Positions 8,528-16,645 of a stretch of 64,000 bases of DNA are shown one piece after another. This DNA is from a virus (taxonomy: Duplodnaviria > Caudoviricetes). The translations under genes and the position numbers were made by a program. Below the pieces are notes generated by a model. The model was not told where the DNA came from. It was given only the letters and a program-made list of their open reading frames with translations, and did no database searches. Location: positions 32,001 to 96,000 of IMG/VR virus record IMGVR_UViG_3300009037_000004; one strand, 5' to 3'. Position 1 is the first letter of the stretch. Every line of letters starts with the position of its first letter.

Positions 8528-10510
8528 ATGGGAACCCAGTACGTTCCACCCGTCACCTGGGTGGATGACCCCGAATCGTTCATGCAGTTTGCCCGGCATG
8601 TCCAGGACACTCGGGAGTGCGCGGTGGACACGGAGACCACTGGACTCAATCGTGCCCGGGACCACGTCAAGTTCTGGTCAGCTTGCCCCGACATCAACTC
8701 CCGCTACTGCCTCTCCCGCGATATGCTCGAGCTGTTCGGGCAAGAGCTTGCCTCCGACCTGGACCTCACCTGGTATTTCACCAACCAGAACTTCGACTTC
8801 GCGATGATGGAGAACTCCGGCATCAAGGCGCCCAAGGGAGACTGCTACGATACCCTGGCCATGGACTGGCTGGTGGACGAGAACCGACAGGGCCGTCACG
8901 GTCTAAAAGAGACGGCTCTCGATCACCTCGGTCTGAACATGCGGGAGTTCAAGGAAGCCTTCAAAGGTCGAAAGAAGGGGGAGTCGATCCCAGAACGGCT
9001 TGACCGGGCCATGCGGGAAGACCCGGACTCGGCCAAATCCTACGCGGCCCTGGATGCCTGGGCTACCTTCCGCGTGTACCACTGTCTCAAGGAGAAGCTT
9101 GAGCAGCTCCACAGCATGGACGGCATGTGCCTCTGGGACTACTTCCAGGAGGTGGAGATGCCGTTCACCCGCGTGCTCTACAACTGCTGCCGCCGCGGCG
9201 TCATGGTGGACATCGGCTACCTGACCGAACTCAGCCCGAAGATCGAGGTCGAGATGGTAGCTATCCAGAAGACGATCAACAGGATCGCGGGCAGGGAAGT
9301 TAACATCAGGAGTACCCCACAGCTCCGCGATCTGTTCTTCGACACGCTCGGGTTGAAGCCCATCAAGATGACGACTGGCGGAGACAGTGGGAACAGGCAG
9401 CCCTCCACGGATGAAAGCTGCTTGCAGATCTGGGCAGATCAGGGTGTGGAAGTCGCAGTCTTGATGCTCCAGTACCGCGAGCTGGCCAAGATGAAAGGCA
9501 CCTACGTGGACGGGCTGAGAAAGTGGGTGGACGACGACTACCGGATTCACCCCACGCTCACCCAGCACGTCACGGTCACCGGACGTCTTTCGTCCGTGGA
9601 CCCCAACCTCCAGAACATCCCCCGGCCGGATGGCGACAAGTTCGGCATCCGCACGGCCTTCATACCCAAAGACAAGCACGCCCTCCTGGTGGTGGACTAC
9701 GAGCAGCTCGAGATGCGGCTCATGGCTCACTTCTCCCAGGACCCCAACATGATCGACGTCATCCGCAAAGGCTGGGACATCCACGCCGGGACTGGCTCGC
9801 TCATGTACAACTACGACTACGATGCGATCATCGCCGCCGGCAAGAAGAAGAAATCGAATGCCAAGGCGAAGGAACAGGGCCTGCCCTACACGGAACTGAC
9901 CGAGCTCGAGAAGGGCATGATCTTCGCCAGGCAAGCCGCCAAGACTATCGGCTTCGGATTGAACTACGGCGAGGGGCCCCAGAAGCTGGGCAAGTCGCTG
10001 GGAGTGGGAGTGGAGGAAGCCAAGGCGCTGATCCAGAAGTACTTCGCGCCCTACCCCCGAGTCCGGGAGTTCATCGAGGGCGTCCACAACTACATCCTCG
10101 ACCACGCGATGGTCGAAACCATCCTGGGCCGTCCGCGTCGCTTCCACGAACTCCCCGCCATCGGGGAGCTGCTGGACAAGATGAGTCGGTGGAAGCTCCC
10201 CGGCTCGGCCAGGAAGAACCTCGCCCAAGCAGAACGCCAGAGCGTCAACTCGGTCATCCAGGGTTCTGCGGCAGATGTGGCGAAGATGGCTATGATCAAG
10301 TGCGAGTTCGACCACCGACTTCGGAATCTCGGAGTCGAGATGCTCCTCCAGGTCCACGATGAACTACTCTTCGAAGTCCCGGAAGAGAACGTGGACGAGG
10401 CCAAGAAAATCGTTCTGGAGCTGATGGAACACCCGTTCGGTGACGACCTCCTGGTCCCACTGAATGCGGATGCTGGAGTCGGGTTTTCTTGGGCAACGGC
10501 GAAGGCGTAG
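8528..10510 (+). CDS. polA: DNA polymerase family A (3'-5' exonuclease plus polymerase; no 5'-3' exonuclease)
   Basis: ExoI DTETTG, TGRLSSVDPNLQNIP, motif A DYEQLEMR, motif B RQAAKTIGFGLNYG, motif C QVHDELL; GGAGG RBS before ATG 8528. Confidence 0.97.
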   Translation: MGTQYVPPVTWVDDPESFMQFARHVQDTRECAVDTETTGLNRARDHVKFWSACPDINSRYCLSRDMLELFGQELASDLDLTWYFTNQNFDFAMMENSGIKAPKGDCYDTLAMDWLVDENRQGRHGLKETALDHLGLNMREFKEAFKGRKKGESIPERLDRAMREDPDSAKSYAALDAWATFRVYHCLKEKLEQLHSMDGMCLWDYFQEVEMPFTRVLYNCCRRGVMVDIGYLTELSPKIEVEMVAIQKTINRIAGREVNIRSTPQLRDLFFDTLGLKPIKMTTGGDSGNRQPSTDESCLQIWADQGVEVAVLMLQYRELAKMKGTYVDGLRKWVDDDYRIHPTLTQHVTVTGRLSSVDPNLQNIPRPDGDKFGIRTAFIPKDKHALLVVDYEQLEMRLMAHFSQDPNMIDVIRKGWDIHAGTGSLMYNYDYDAIIAAGKKKKSNAKAKEQGLPYTELTELEKGMIFARQAAKTIGFGLNYGEGPQKLGKSLGVGVEEAKALIQKYFAPYPRVREFIEGVHNYILDHAMVETILGRPRRFHELPAIGELLDKMSRWKLPGSARKNLAQAERQSVNSVIQGSAADVAKMAMIKCEFDHRLRNLGVEMLLQVHDELLFEVPEENVDEAKKIVLELMEHPFGDDLLVPLNADAGVGFSWATAKA

Positions 10511-10513
10511 ACC

Positions 10514-10921
10514 ATGGAATACCAAGAACTAATCGAAGCCGTAGCCGGACAGACCAAGTACACCAAGCGGGAGATCCGCAAGATCATGCGCCTGGTAGCG
10601 AGGACAATCCGGGAAGCTATGGGACGGGGGCGAGACGTCCAGTACCACGGCCTCGGTCGGTTCGTGAACGTGCTGGAAAAGGCACGGAAGGGACGGAACC
10701 GCTACACTGGGGAGGCCATCATCATCCCTCCCCGCCGCCGTGTTCGCTTCCGGCCCAACGAAGTTCTTCGCATCATGGTGGCGCAGTCCCAGGAGGTCTT
10801 CAAGGAACCCGACCTCCGTGAACGATTTGGCCTAAAGAAAGGAGCCAACGATGGAAAAGTACGCAGTGGAGATCGACCCAAAGAAGGTGCCAACGGAAAA
10901 GAAGGCCGGGGCGGGGGATAA
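10514..10921 (+). CDS. HU/IHF-like DNA-binding protein
   Basis: ELIEAVA...GLGRF....KARKGRNRYTGEAIIIPPRRRVRFRP. Confidence 0.92.
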   Translation: MEYQELIEAVAGQTKYTKREIRKIMRLVARTIREAMGRGRDVQYHGLGRFVNVLEKARKGRNRYTGEAIIIPPRRRVRFRPNEVLRIMVAQSQEVFKEPDLRERFGLKKGANDGKVRSGDRPKEGANGKEGRGGG

Positions 10922-11015
10922 GGATCCTCACCCGAACACGAACATACCCCTCGATCCCGATCTCGGAAGTGAACCGTACGAAAGGAGGCCAGACAAGGAT
11001 GGCAAAGAAGGCTGA
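10851..11015 (+). CDS. Small 54-aa protein missed by the ORF track (MEKYAVEIDPKK...GSEPYERRPDKDGKEG)
   Basis: Strong AAAGGAG RBS; bridges HU and RecA with short overlaps. Confidence 0.55.
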   Translation: MEKYAVEIDPKKVPTEKKAGAGDKDPHPNTNIPLDPDLGSEPYERRPDKDGKEG

Positions 11016-12336
11016 GAAGACCGAGAACCGACCCACCCGGTTGCCGAAGATGGACATGGACGACCTCGTGGAGGGCATCACCGCGGAGCTGGGCGGTTAT
11101 GGAGTGGTACTCCAACGCGGTTCGGAGCTGGAAGGGCGCTTCGACCTCCGGCGGCCCTGCGGAATCCCCTCCCTGGACATCGCCACTGGCGGTGGGCTCG
11201 CAGCGGGGGGGCTATCTCAGATCGATGGGCCAGACGGAGCCGGGAAGAACCTGCTGATCTACAACTACTTCGCCCAGGTGCAAAGACTCTACGGGGACTC
11301 CACCAGGATCTTCATGCTCTGCATGGAGTTCCCGTTCGACAAGATGTACGCCCGGAAGATCGGCTTCCGGGTTCCCTTCTCCAACTACGAGCTCGAGGTG
11401 GAGGCACGACGCCGGAGGGAGGCCGGGGAAGAGCCCCTTACAGTACAGGAGTGCCACGAGCTTCAGGACAAGAAGGGGTGCGGTGAGTTTCTGGTTCTGC
11501 GGGGAGCGGCGGAGGGGAACCTAGATGCTCTCGTCCGCATGATCTGGTCCAACGCCTTCCAGATTGGAGCGGTGGACTCCTGGGACTCGATGCTCACCGC
11601 GGCTGAAGATGAGGCCGACTTGGCTGATGACCCCCGCATCGCCAGCTCCTCCTCCGTCCAGACGAAGTGGATGAAGAAGGTGCAGGGGGCAATGGCTCCC
11701 CGGAAGCGGTGCCCGGAGTGCTACGAGCTGGAGATCGAGTTCAAGAAGCACAGTGAGACCAGCTACGGCTACACCTGCAAGAGTTGTGGATGGAAGGGGA
11801 AGCGGCCGTTCCTGGAAGAGAACGAGACCACGATCATCGGTATCCGTCAGGTTCGGGCCAACCTGAACAAGGCCGGGATGCGCTCGAGGGAATGGAAAGT
11901 GGGTGGGGCCTGGGCGCTCAAGCACGGCAAGCTGGTAGACATCCAGCTCCGTCCAGGGGAGATCCTCTACACCAAGGACGGCAAGACCAAGATCGGTAAG
12001 GAAATCAACTGGGAGATCACCAAGGGGAAGGCAGGGACGCACGAGGGGATCACGGGGGCCTTCAAGTACTTCTTCGAGCCACCCGAGATCGACATCGACT
12101 CGGACTTCATCAACTACTGCACCTCGAAGAGCATCATTCGGCGAGGTGGGTCTGTCTACTACGTCGATCATGGTGGTGCCCTTCCCAACGAGGACGACCC
12201 GCTGAAGTTCAGTGGGAAGGACGCGCTGATGGATGCATTCGATGATCCCAAGCTGGGGCTGAAGAACCTTCTGTGGAAGATGATGCTGAAGGACGCCGGT
12301 CTCCAGCATGTCCGCCACAAGGACGTCGAGGGATGA
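10999..12336 (+). CDS. recA: RecA-like recombinase with a zinc-ribbon insertion
   Basis: GIPSLDIATGGGL..G, Walker A GPDGAGKN, Walker B AVDSWD, IRQVR, GGAWALKH, TKGKAG. Confidence 0.9.
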   Translation: MAKKAEKTENRPTRLPKMDMDDLVEGITAELGGYGVVLQRGSELEGRFDLRRPCGIPSLDIATGGGLAAGGLSQIDGPDGAGKNLLIYNYFAQVQRLYGDSTRIFMLCMEFPFDKMYARKIGFRVPFSNYELEVEARRRREAGEEPLTVQECHELQDKKGCGEFLVLRGAAEGNLDALVRMIWSNAFQIGAVDSWDSMLTAAEDEADLADDPRIASSSSVQTKWMKKVQGAMAPRKRCPECYELEIEFKKHSETSYGYTCKSCGWKGKRPFLEENETTIIGIRQVRANLNKAGMRSREWKVGGAWALKHGKLVDIQLRPGEILYTKDGKTKIGKEINWEITKGKAGTHEGITGAFKYFFEPPEIDIDSDFINYCTSKSIIRRGGSVYYVDHGGALPNEDDPLKFSGKDALMDAFDDPKLGLKNLLWKMMLKDAGLQHVRHKDVEG

Positions 12337-12860
12337 AGGTTGAGCTGGTAATCAGATACCTGGGATTCGGAAGGCAGTGCTCGGGATGCGGCAGAGTCAG
12401 AGAGACGACCAGATACCAGATCCGCGACCAGGCGGAGCACATCCTACAGGAGTTCCTGCTCTGCGATGGCTGTCAGGACAACGGGTACGTGGTCGAGTTC
12501 GAGCCCGCCCGCTCCTCCTCTCCTGTCACCAAGCAGGAGAGGAGGCGGCGGATCAAGATCTCCCAGAAGCTGGAGAAGGGGCTAGCCCTGGACATTGGCG
12601 GCCACACCCAGCCTGGCTCTGGAAACCAGGACGCGAAAGACGACGTACGAAAGATCGACGAGTGGCGAGTTGAGCACAAATACACGGAAAGTACGAAAGG
12701 CTTCCGGTTGCTCGTGGATCAGCTCGCGGCTGTCGTTCGGCATGCGAACATTGCGGGCGAGTGGCCGGCACTCGTCATCACCTTCAGGCGACTTGGCCGA
12801 AAGTTCGCCGTCATCCCTTATGAACTCTTCATCGAGATCGCGAGGAAAACACATGGCTGA
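12333..12860 (+). CDS. Zn-finger plus PD-(D/E)XK nuclease (phage Holliday-junction resolvase-like)
   Basis: CSGC..CDGC; SQKLEK.LA..IGG.TQPGSG...KDDV...VEHKYT. Confidence 0.7.
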   Translation: MKVELVIRYLGFGRQCSGCGRVRETTRYQIRDQAEHILQEFLLCDGCQDNGYVVEFEPARSSSPVTKQERRRRIKISQKLEKGLALDIGGHTQPGSGNQDAKDDVRKIDEWRVEHKYTESTKGFRLLVDQLAAVVRHANIAGEWPALVITFRRLGRKFAVIPYELFIEIARKTHG

Positions 12861-13734
12861 GACTCTTCTGACCATCGAGGACGCCAAGCGGCACCTCGGC
12901 CCGGGCGGTAAGATCAAGGATCTCGTCCGGCACATCTCCGTGGTTTCACGGATCGATGCATTTCTGGAAGACCTGAATGTGGAACCACCAGCTCCACTGA
13001 AGGTCTCCTTCGATCTCAACTCCATCCGGCATGGAAGCATCTTCCATCCGTCAAGCATCGGAAGCACCTCGGGAAAGTCCCTCGATGGGAAGTACTCCAT
13101 CGGGTGTGCCCGGCTCCTCTACTACGACTACATCGGAGCGGAACAAACTGGGGCCATCGAACCCAGACTCCGAAGGATCTTCGACACCGGCTCTGCAATC
13201 CATGCCCAACTCCAGGCGTACCTGGGGGAGATTGTCAGAAGAAGTGAGGGCGTCGAGGAGTTCACGCCCGAAGCGTTCTTCCACCCGGGCAACAACAAGG
13301 CCGCCGACTCCTACGACATCGCGGGGAGTACGGACGGCATCTACGTCATGCATGAGCCTGCCAACATCCGCTTCGGTGTGGAGATCAAGTCGATCAACGA
13401 TGCGGGATATCAGAAGACCACGAACCCACACGCTGAGCACCTCATGCAGGGCACCGTCTACCAGCACTGCCTCGACCTCCCGGCGATGCTGTTCGTCTAC
13501 TACAACAAGAACGACTCCAGCATGGCCGAGTTCGTCCAGGTCTACGATGAACGGCGCTGGGATGCCATCGCCAAGAAGCTCGACCGCGTGCGAGAGATGG
13601 CCCTCAAGGAGGAGGAGCCGGAGCGCGAGGACGGCTGGCACTGCATGACCTGCAAGTACAAGGCGATCTGCAATCCGCCCAAGAAGAGCAAGAACGAGGG
13701 CGCCAAGATGTTCAACACGAGCAGGAGGCGCTGA
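12853..13734 (+). CDS. Cas4-like / RecB-family PD-(D/E)XK exonuclease
   Basis: FHPSSI..C.R..YY, FDTGSAIH, GSTDG, EIKS, Q..VY, and terminal C..C.YK..C giving a 4-Cys Fe-S pattern. Confidence 0.85.
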   Translation: MAETLLTIEDAKRHLGPGGKIKDLVRHISVVSRIDAFLEDLNVEPPAPLKVSFDLNSIRHGSIFHPSSIGSTSGKSLDGKYSIGCARLLYYDYIGAEQTGAIEPRLRRIFDTGSAIHAQLQAYLGEIVRRSEGVEEFTPEAFFHPGNNKAADSYDIAGSTDGIYVMHEPANIRFGVEIKSINDAGYQKTTNPHAEHLMQGTVYQHCLDLPAMLFVYYNKNDSSMAEFVQVYDERRWDAIAKKLDRVREMALKEEEPEREDGWHCMTCKYKAICNPPKKSKNEGAKMFNTSRRR

Positions 13735-14372
13735 TGCCGAATCCCTTTGAAGTCACGCTGGACCGGGCCATCGAGATCTACGATGAAGCCGGGGACCAAG
13801 CTGAAGCGGATGTGATCAAGATGGGACTACCACTTGCAGTCCGACCGATAAGACGGGATGGAACGCTGGCGGACTCCCCCCAGCCTCCCATCGACCTCAG
13901 CGAGGCGAGATACGCCGAACTCACTACCCTGATCGGGCAGTTCACCGCCTGGTACTCCTACGCCATCAGCCAACTGAAGATTGCGGAGGGGGAGAGGAAC
14001 AGGGCTCAGAAGAAGCGGGACGTTGCCTGGTCACACATCCGGCAGAAGAAGGACGGAACAGTGTCGGACAAGGACGATGCAGCTAGGCTAGACAAGCGGT
14101 TCTTGGACGTGGACGCCCACTACGAGTACTGCGACAGCAAGGTCCGACACCTCACTGCCATCACGGAAGGCTACAAGCGTGAGATCGAAACCGTCTCCAG
14201 GGCCTTCTCCGCCCTTGACGGGAAGGCCAACGTGGAGGGACGTGGAGCCACCTTCGCCAGGAAGCGGTCGGCAGAGGTAGCTGGGGACGCATTCAAAACG
14301 TCCCGGAGATCTGAGCAACCTCACGAATCGAAACGGTCCGCACTGGACGTGTTCAAGAAGGGACGACGATGA
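13734..14372 (+). CDS. Helical protein, possibly a UvsY-like recombination mediator
   Basis: Coiled-coil pattern (GTVSDKD.AA..D..F) and position within the recombination cluster. Confidence 0.45.
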   Translation: MPNPFEVTLDRAIEIYDEAGDQAEADVIKMGLPLAVRPIRRDGTLADSPQPPIDLSEARYAELTTLIGQFTAWYSYAISQLKIAEGERNRAQKKRDVAWSHIRQKKDGTVSDKDDAARLDKRFLDVDAHYEYCDSKVRHLTAITEGYKREIETVSRAFSALDGKANVEGRGATFARKRSAEVAGDAFKTSRRSEQPHESKRSALDVFKKGRR

Positions 14373-14911
14373 TCTTCAGGGTTTGGATTCCACGGCTGCC
14401 CCCTTCTTCGAACAACATCTACATCCGCCACCCGGCGGGCAAGGGAAGAGTCCTGAGCCCACAGGCCAGGACGTTCAAGCTCAAGGCGATGCAGGCGATC
14501 CAAGACGGAGCGAAGGTGGCCCTCCTGAAGCTGGAGAAGAACGTCCCGTACGAGCTCCACCTGGCGGTGTTCTTCGAACAGGTGGAAAACAAAGCATCGA
14601 CCAAGGGCAATCGCTACAAGCAGATGGACCTGAGCAACCGGATCAAGCTGATCGAAGATACGGTTGCATCAGCCATCGGGCTTGATGACTGCCACAACTT
14701 TCGCACGTCGCAGGAGAAACACTGCGACCCAGAACACCCAGGTCTCTACGTCACGCTCAGTCGGGTCCCGGAGGCCGAGGTGGGAATGACAAAGGAGGCT
14801 TATGATCGAGTACGATTACAACAACCTGAACGAGACCGAGCTAGTCGAGCTGGCGCGACATCACGGCTGTTGGGTAGGTCACCGTGGGTTAGGAAGGGAG
14901 CTTCTCATTAA
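14369..14911 (+). CDS. rusA: RusA-like Holliday junction resolvase
   Basis: PPSSNNIY; DLSNRIKLIED...IGLDD matches the RusA DxxNxxKxxxD...DD pattern. Confidence 0.8.
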   Translation: MIFRVWIPRLPPSSNNIYIRHPAGKGRVLSPQARTFKLKAMQAIQDGAKVALLKLEKNVPYELHLAVFFEQVENKASTKGNRYKQMDLSNRIKLIEDTVASAIGLDDCHNFRTSQEKHCDPEHPGLYVTLSRVPEAEVGMTKEAYDRVRLQQPERDRASRAGATSRLLGRSPWVRKGASH

Positions 14912-15137
14912 GATCATCGAGGGAAAAGTCGATCCCGGTGACTGTCCAGCAGACCCCGTGGATGACGAGAGGAACGCGATGATGTTGATGAAGGAGACCT
15001 GGAAGGATGTCTACCATCAGCTCAAGTGTGCAGACCAGTTCTATGCTTGCTGGGATTGTCCACCCGCTAGAGCCAGGGCTTGCGCGGTGGACGAGTGCGA
15101 GAAAGACCTCCTGGAGAAGGTGAAGGACGGGGGATGA
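14802..15137 (+). CDS. Hypothetical Cys-rich protein
   Basis: AAGGAGG RBS; C..C..C..C cluster near the C-terminus. Confidence 0.7.
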   Translation: MIEYDYNNLNETELVELARHHGCWVGHRGLGRELLIKIIEGKVDPGDCPADPVDDERNAMMLMKETWKDVYHQLKCADQFYACWDCPPARARACAVDECEKDLLEKVKDGG

Positions 15138-15364
15138 GGAAAAGCTGCGTGACCTGCAAGCATCTTTCGAGCTGTGAGGAGGTGTCGGCACCCAGGCTAA
15201 ACGAGGGGTATTCCTGCTCTGTTTGGACTCTGGCTGAAGAAGAGGAACGAAAGGCACGAGACTCGATCATTAGGGAGTTTGGACCATCGGCGCTGCGGTT
15301 CGCACTTCCACAATCCCAAGTCAGCGCCAACGCAAGAGCACGGAGACGAAGGAAACATGTCTGA
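15134..15364 (+). CDS. Small Cys-rich hypothetical protein
   Basis: ATGA-coupled; CVTCKH...C...C. Confidence 0.6.
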   Translation: MRKSCVTCKHLSSCEEVSAPRLNEGYSCSVWTLAEEEERKARDSIIREFGPSALRFALPQSQVSANARARRRRKHV

Positions 15365-15923
15365 GAAACTCACGAAGGAAGACCTGGATGGTATGAGCCG
15401 AGTCCAACTCCGCCGCGCGGCCATGGAAGTGTTGGGCATGGGCAACAAGGAAGCGACCGAGATGAACAGCGCGGACCTCAAGGCCAAGATCCTGGAGGCC
15501 CAGGAAGGCGGGGGAAAGAAGAAGGGTAAGGCCGCGCCGCCCCCGGAGGAGCCGAAGAAGGGCAGGGGCAAGCCCGCCCCGGAACCCGAGCCGGAAGAAG
15601 AACCCGAGCCGGAGCCCGAAGAGGAGGCTCCGCCCCCGAAGGGCAAGGTCGCTGCGTCGTCCGAAACCAGGACGCTGACTGAGATCTTGAAGGTCGTCCA
15701 TGCGGTCGGGAAGGCCGTGGACGAGCTCGCCCAGACCGTGGCGGAACGCCTGGACACGCAGGACGAGCACCTGGTCGAGATCGAGCGGAAACTCTTCCAC
15801 CAGCTCGGACTCACCGAGAACATCTTCAAGGGTGTGAGCGAGCCGGACGAGTTCGAGCCCAGGATCGAGGCGCTGGAGGACGAGTGGAAGAAGCAGGCGG
15901 AGGGCGAGGAGGGAAACGACTAG
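15357..15923 (+). CDS. Protein with a Rho-N/SAP-like helical N-domain, Pro/Glu linker and coiled coil
   Basis: LDGMSRVQLRRAA..LG...ADLKAKIL; PEPEPEEE linker; ends at the slippery site G GGA AAC GAC TAG. Confidence 0.75.
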   Translation: MSEKLTKEDLDGMSRVQLRRAAMEVLGMGNKEATEMNSADLKAKILEAQEGGGKKKGKAAPPPEEPKKGRGKPAPEPEPEEEPEPEPEEEAPPPKGKVAASSETRTLTEILKVVHAVGKAVDELAQTVAERLDTQDEHLVEIERKLFHQLGLTENIFKGVSEPDEFEPRIEALEDEWKKQAEGEEGND

Positions 15924-16114
15924 CAGGGGGCTCTACCCTGGGTCCCCGCCCAGCTCGTCCGGATGAGACCGTGAACGTGACCGAAGCCTACCTGGCCGAC
16001 CTGACCTTGGACAGCCTCCGGCTGCTAGCTGTCCAGCTCGTTGTGGACATCGACCCGGCCGCCATCGAGGATCGCGAGGAGCTACTCCAGCTCCTCCGAT
16101 CCAACTCCCTCTAG
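15911..16114 (+). other. Putative -1 programmed ribosomal frameshift extension of 15357..15923
   Basis: Heptamer GGGAAAC (15911-15917) in X XXY YYZ phase; 8-bp hairpin at 15926-15947; -1 frame open to TAG 16114, which abuts a terminator. Confidence 0.7.
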
Positions 16115-16131
16115 CCCCTTCGGGGGCTTTT
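16113..16131 (+). terminator. Intrinsic terminator ending the replication operon
   Basis: AGCCCC-TTCG-GGGGCT-TTT with a cUUCGg tetraloop. Confidence 0.85.
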
Positions 16132-16159
16132 CTTAACCTGCAAACGGATCATCCATGCC

Positions 16160-16167
16160 GGTATAAG
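16160..16167 (+). promoter_or_regulatory. Putative phage promoter motif GGTATAAG
   Basis: Intergenic, just after a terminator; a near-identical GGGATAAG at 45795 precedes another isolated + strand ORF. Confidence 0.4.
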
Positions 16168-16174
16168 AAACGTA

Positions 16175-16269
16175 GAGGAAAGAACGCAAGTTCCCCCTCC
16201 TTGAGCTACCCCGATAAGTAGGGGATTGCTGGTGCCAAGCCAGTGATGGCTCGCAGGGCCCCTGCCTGC
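16175..16269 (+). ncRNA. Structured 5' leader or ncRNA candidate (GNRA hairpin, three-way junction, RBS-adjacent hairpin)
   Basis: GAAC-GCAA-GTTC; P1 16203-07/16248-52, P2 16209-12/16221-24, P3 16225-32/16240-47; GCAGG/CCTGC directly before GGAGG. Confidence 0.45.
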
Positions 16270-16280
16270 GGAGGTCACCG

Positions 16281-16586
16281 ATGCTCAAGATCGATCTCTC
16301 GGTGACCCCGAGCAACCCGCTGTACGCGGGCCTTGGGGTCACGGAGGTCGGTGGGCGGGCGAACCTCCCCAACGCGACCAGTGCCGAGGTGATCAACACC
16401 ATTGGCAAGGTCGTGAAGGGGATGGTTGACGCACTGCCCGTGGGCGAGCGTGACGAGGTGGTTCTGACCGGGCCCGCGCCGGTCCAGATCTACCTCGTTG
16501 CGTTTCACGGGGTGGTCCACTGCTTCCGGTCCGTCCGCTACCAGGATGGCCGGGGTGGTGACTGCCTCGTGTCGCAACACGGGTAG
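16281..16586 (+). CDS. Csx3/Crn3-like small protein (ring-nuclease-like candidate)
   Basis: VVLTGPAPVQIY...FH..VH....V.YQD.R.G..LVSQH resembles the Csx3 pattern; GGAGG RBS. Confidence 0.55.
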   Translation: MLKIDLSVTPSNPLYAGLGVTEVGGRANLPNATSAEVINTIGKVVKGMVDALPVGERDEVVLTGPAPVQIYLVAFHGVVHCFRSVRYQDGRGGDCLVSQHG

Positions 16587-16604
16587 CGCCTCCCACCGAC
16601 CTCG

Positions 16605-16636
16605 ACCCAGGCGGCTTGCGACGCCTGGGTTTCTTT
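16605..16636 (+). terminator. Intrinsic terminator at the convergence of the two gene blocks
   Basis: ACCCAGGCG / CGCCTGGGT 9-bp stem followed by TTCTTT. Confidence 0.8.
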
Positions 16637-16645
16637 AGCTAGTAA

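Noticed and set aside
7348-10357. Long - strand ORFs (449 aa and 484 aa) opposite the SSB-like gene and polA
   Set aside because: Shadow ORFs: strong GC3 bias on the coding strand removes antisense stops; they show no motifs.
12853-13734. Cas4-like gene as evidence of a CRISPR-Cas locus
   Set aside because: No repeat-spacer array, cas1 or cas2 seen; solo Cas4-like nucleases are common in phage replication modules.
16203-16252. tRNA or known ribozyme in the structured leader
   Set aside because: Too short for a cloverleaf, no TTCG T-arm or CCA, and no hammerhead core (CUGAUGA/GAAA).
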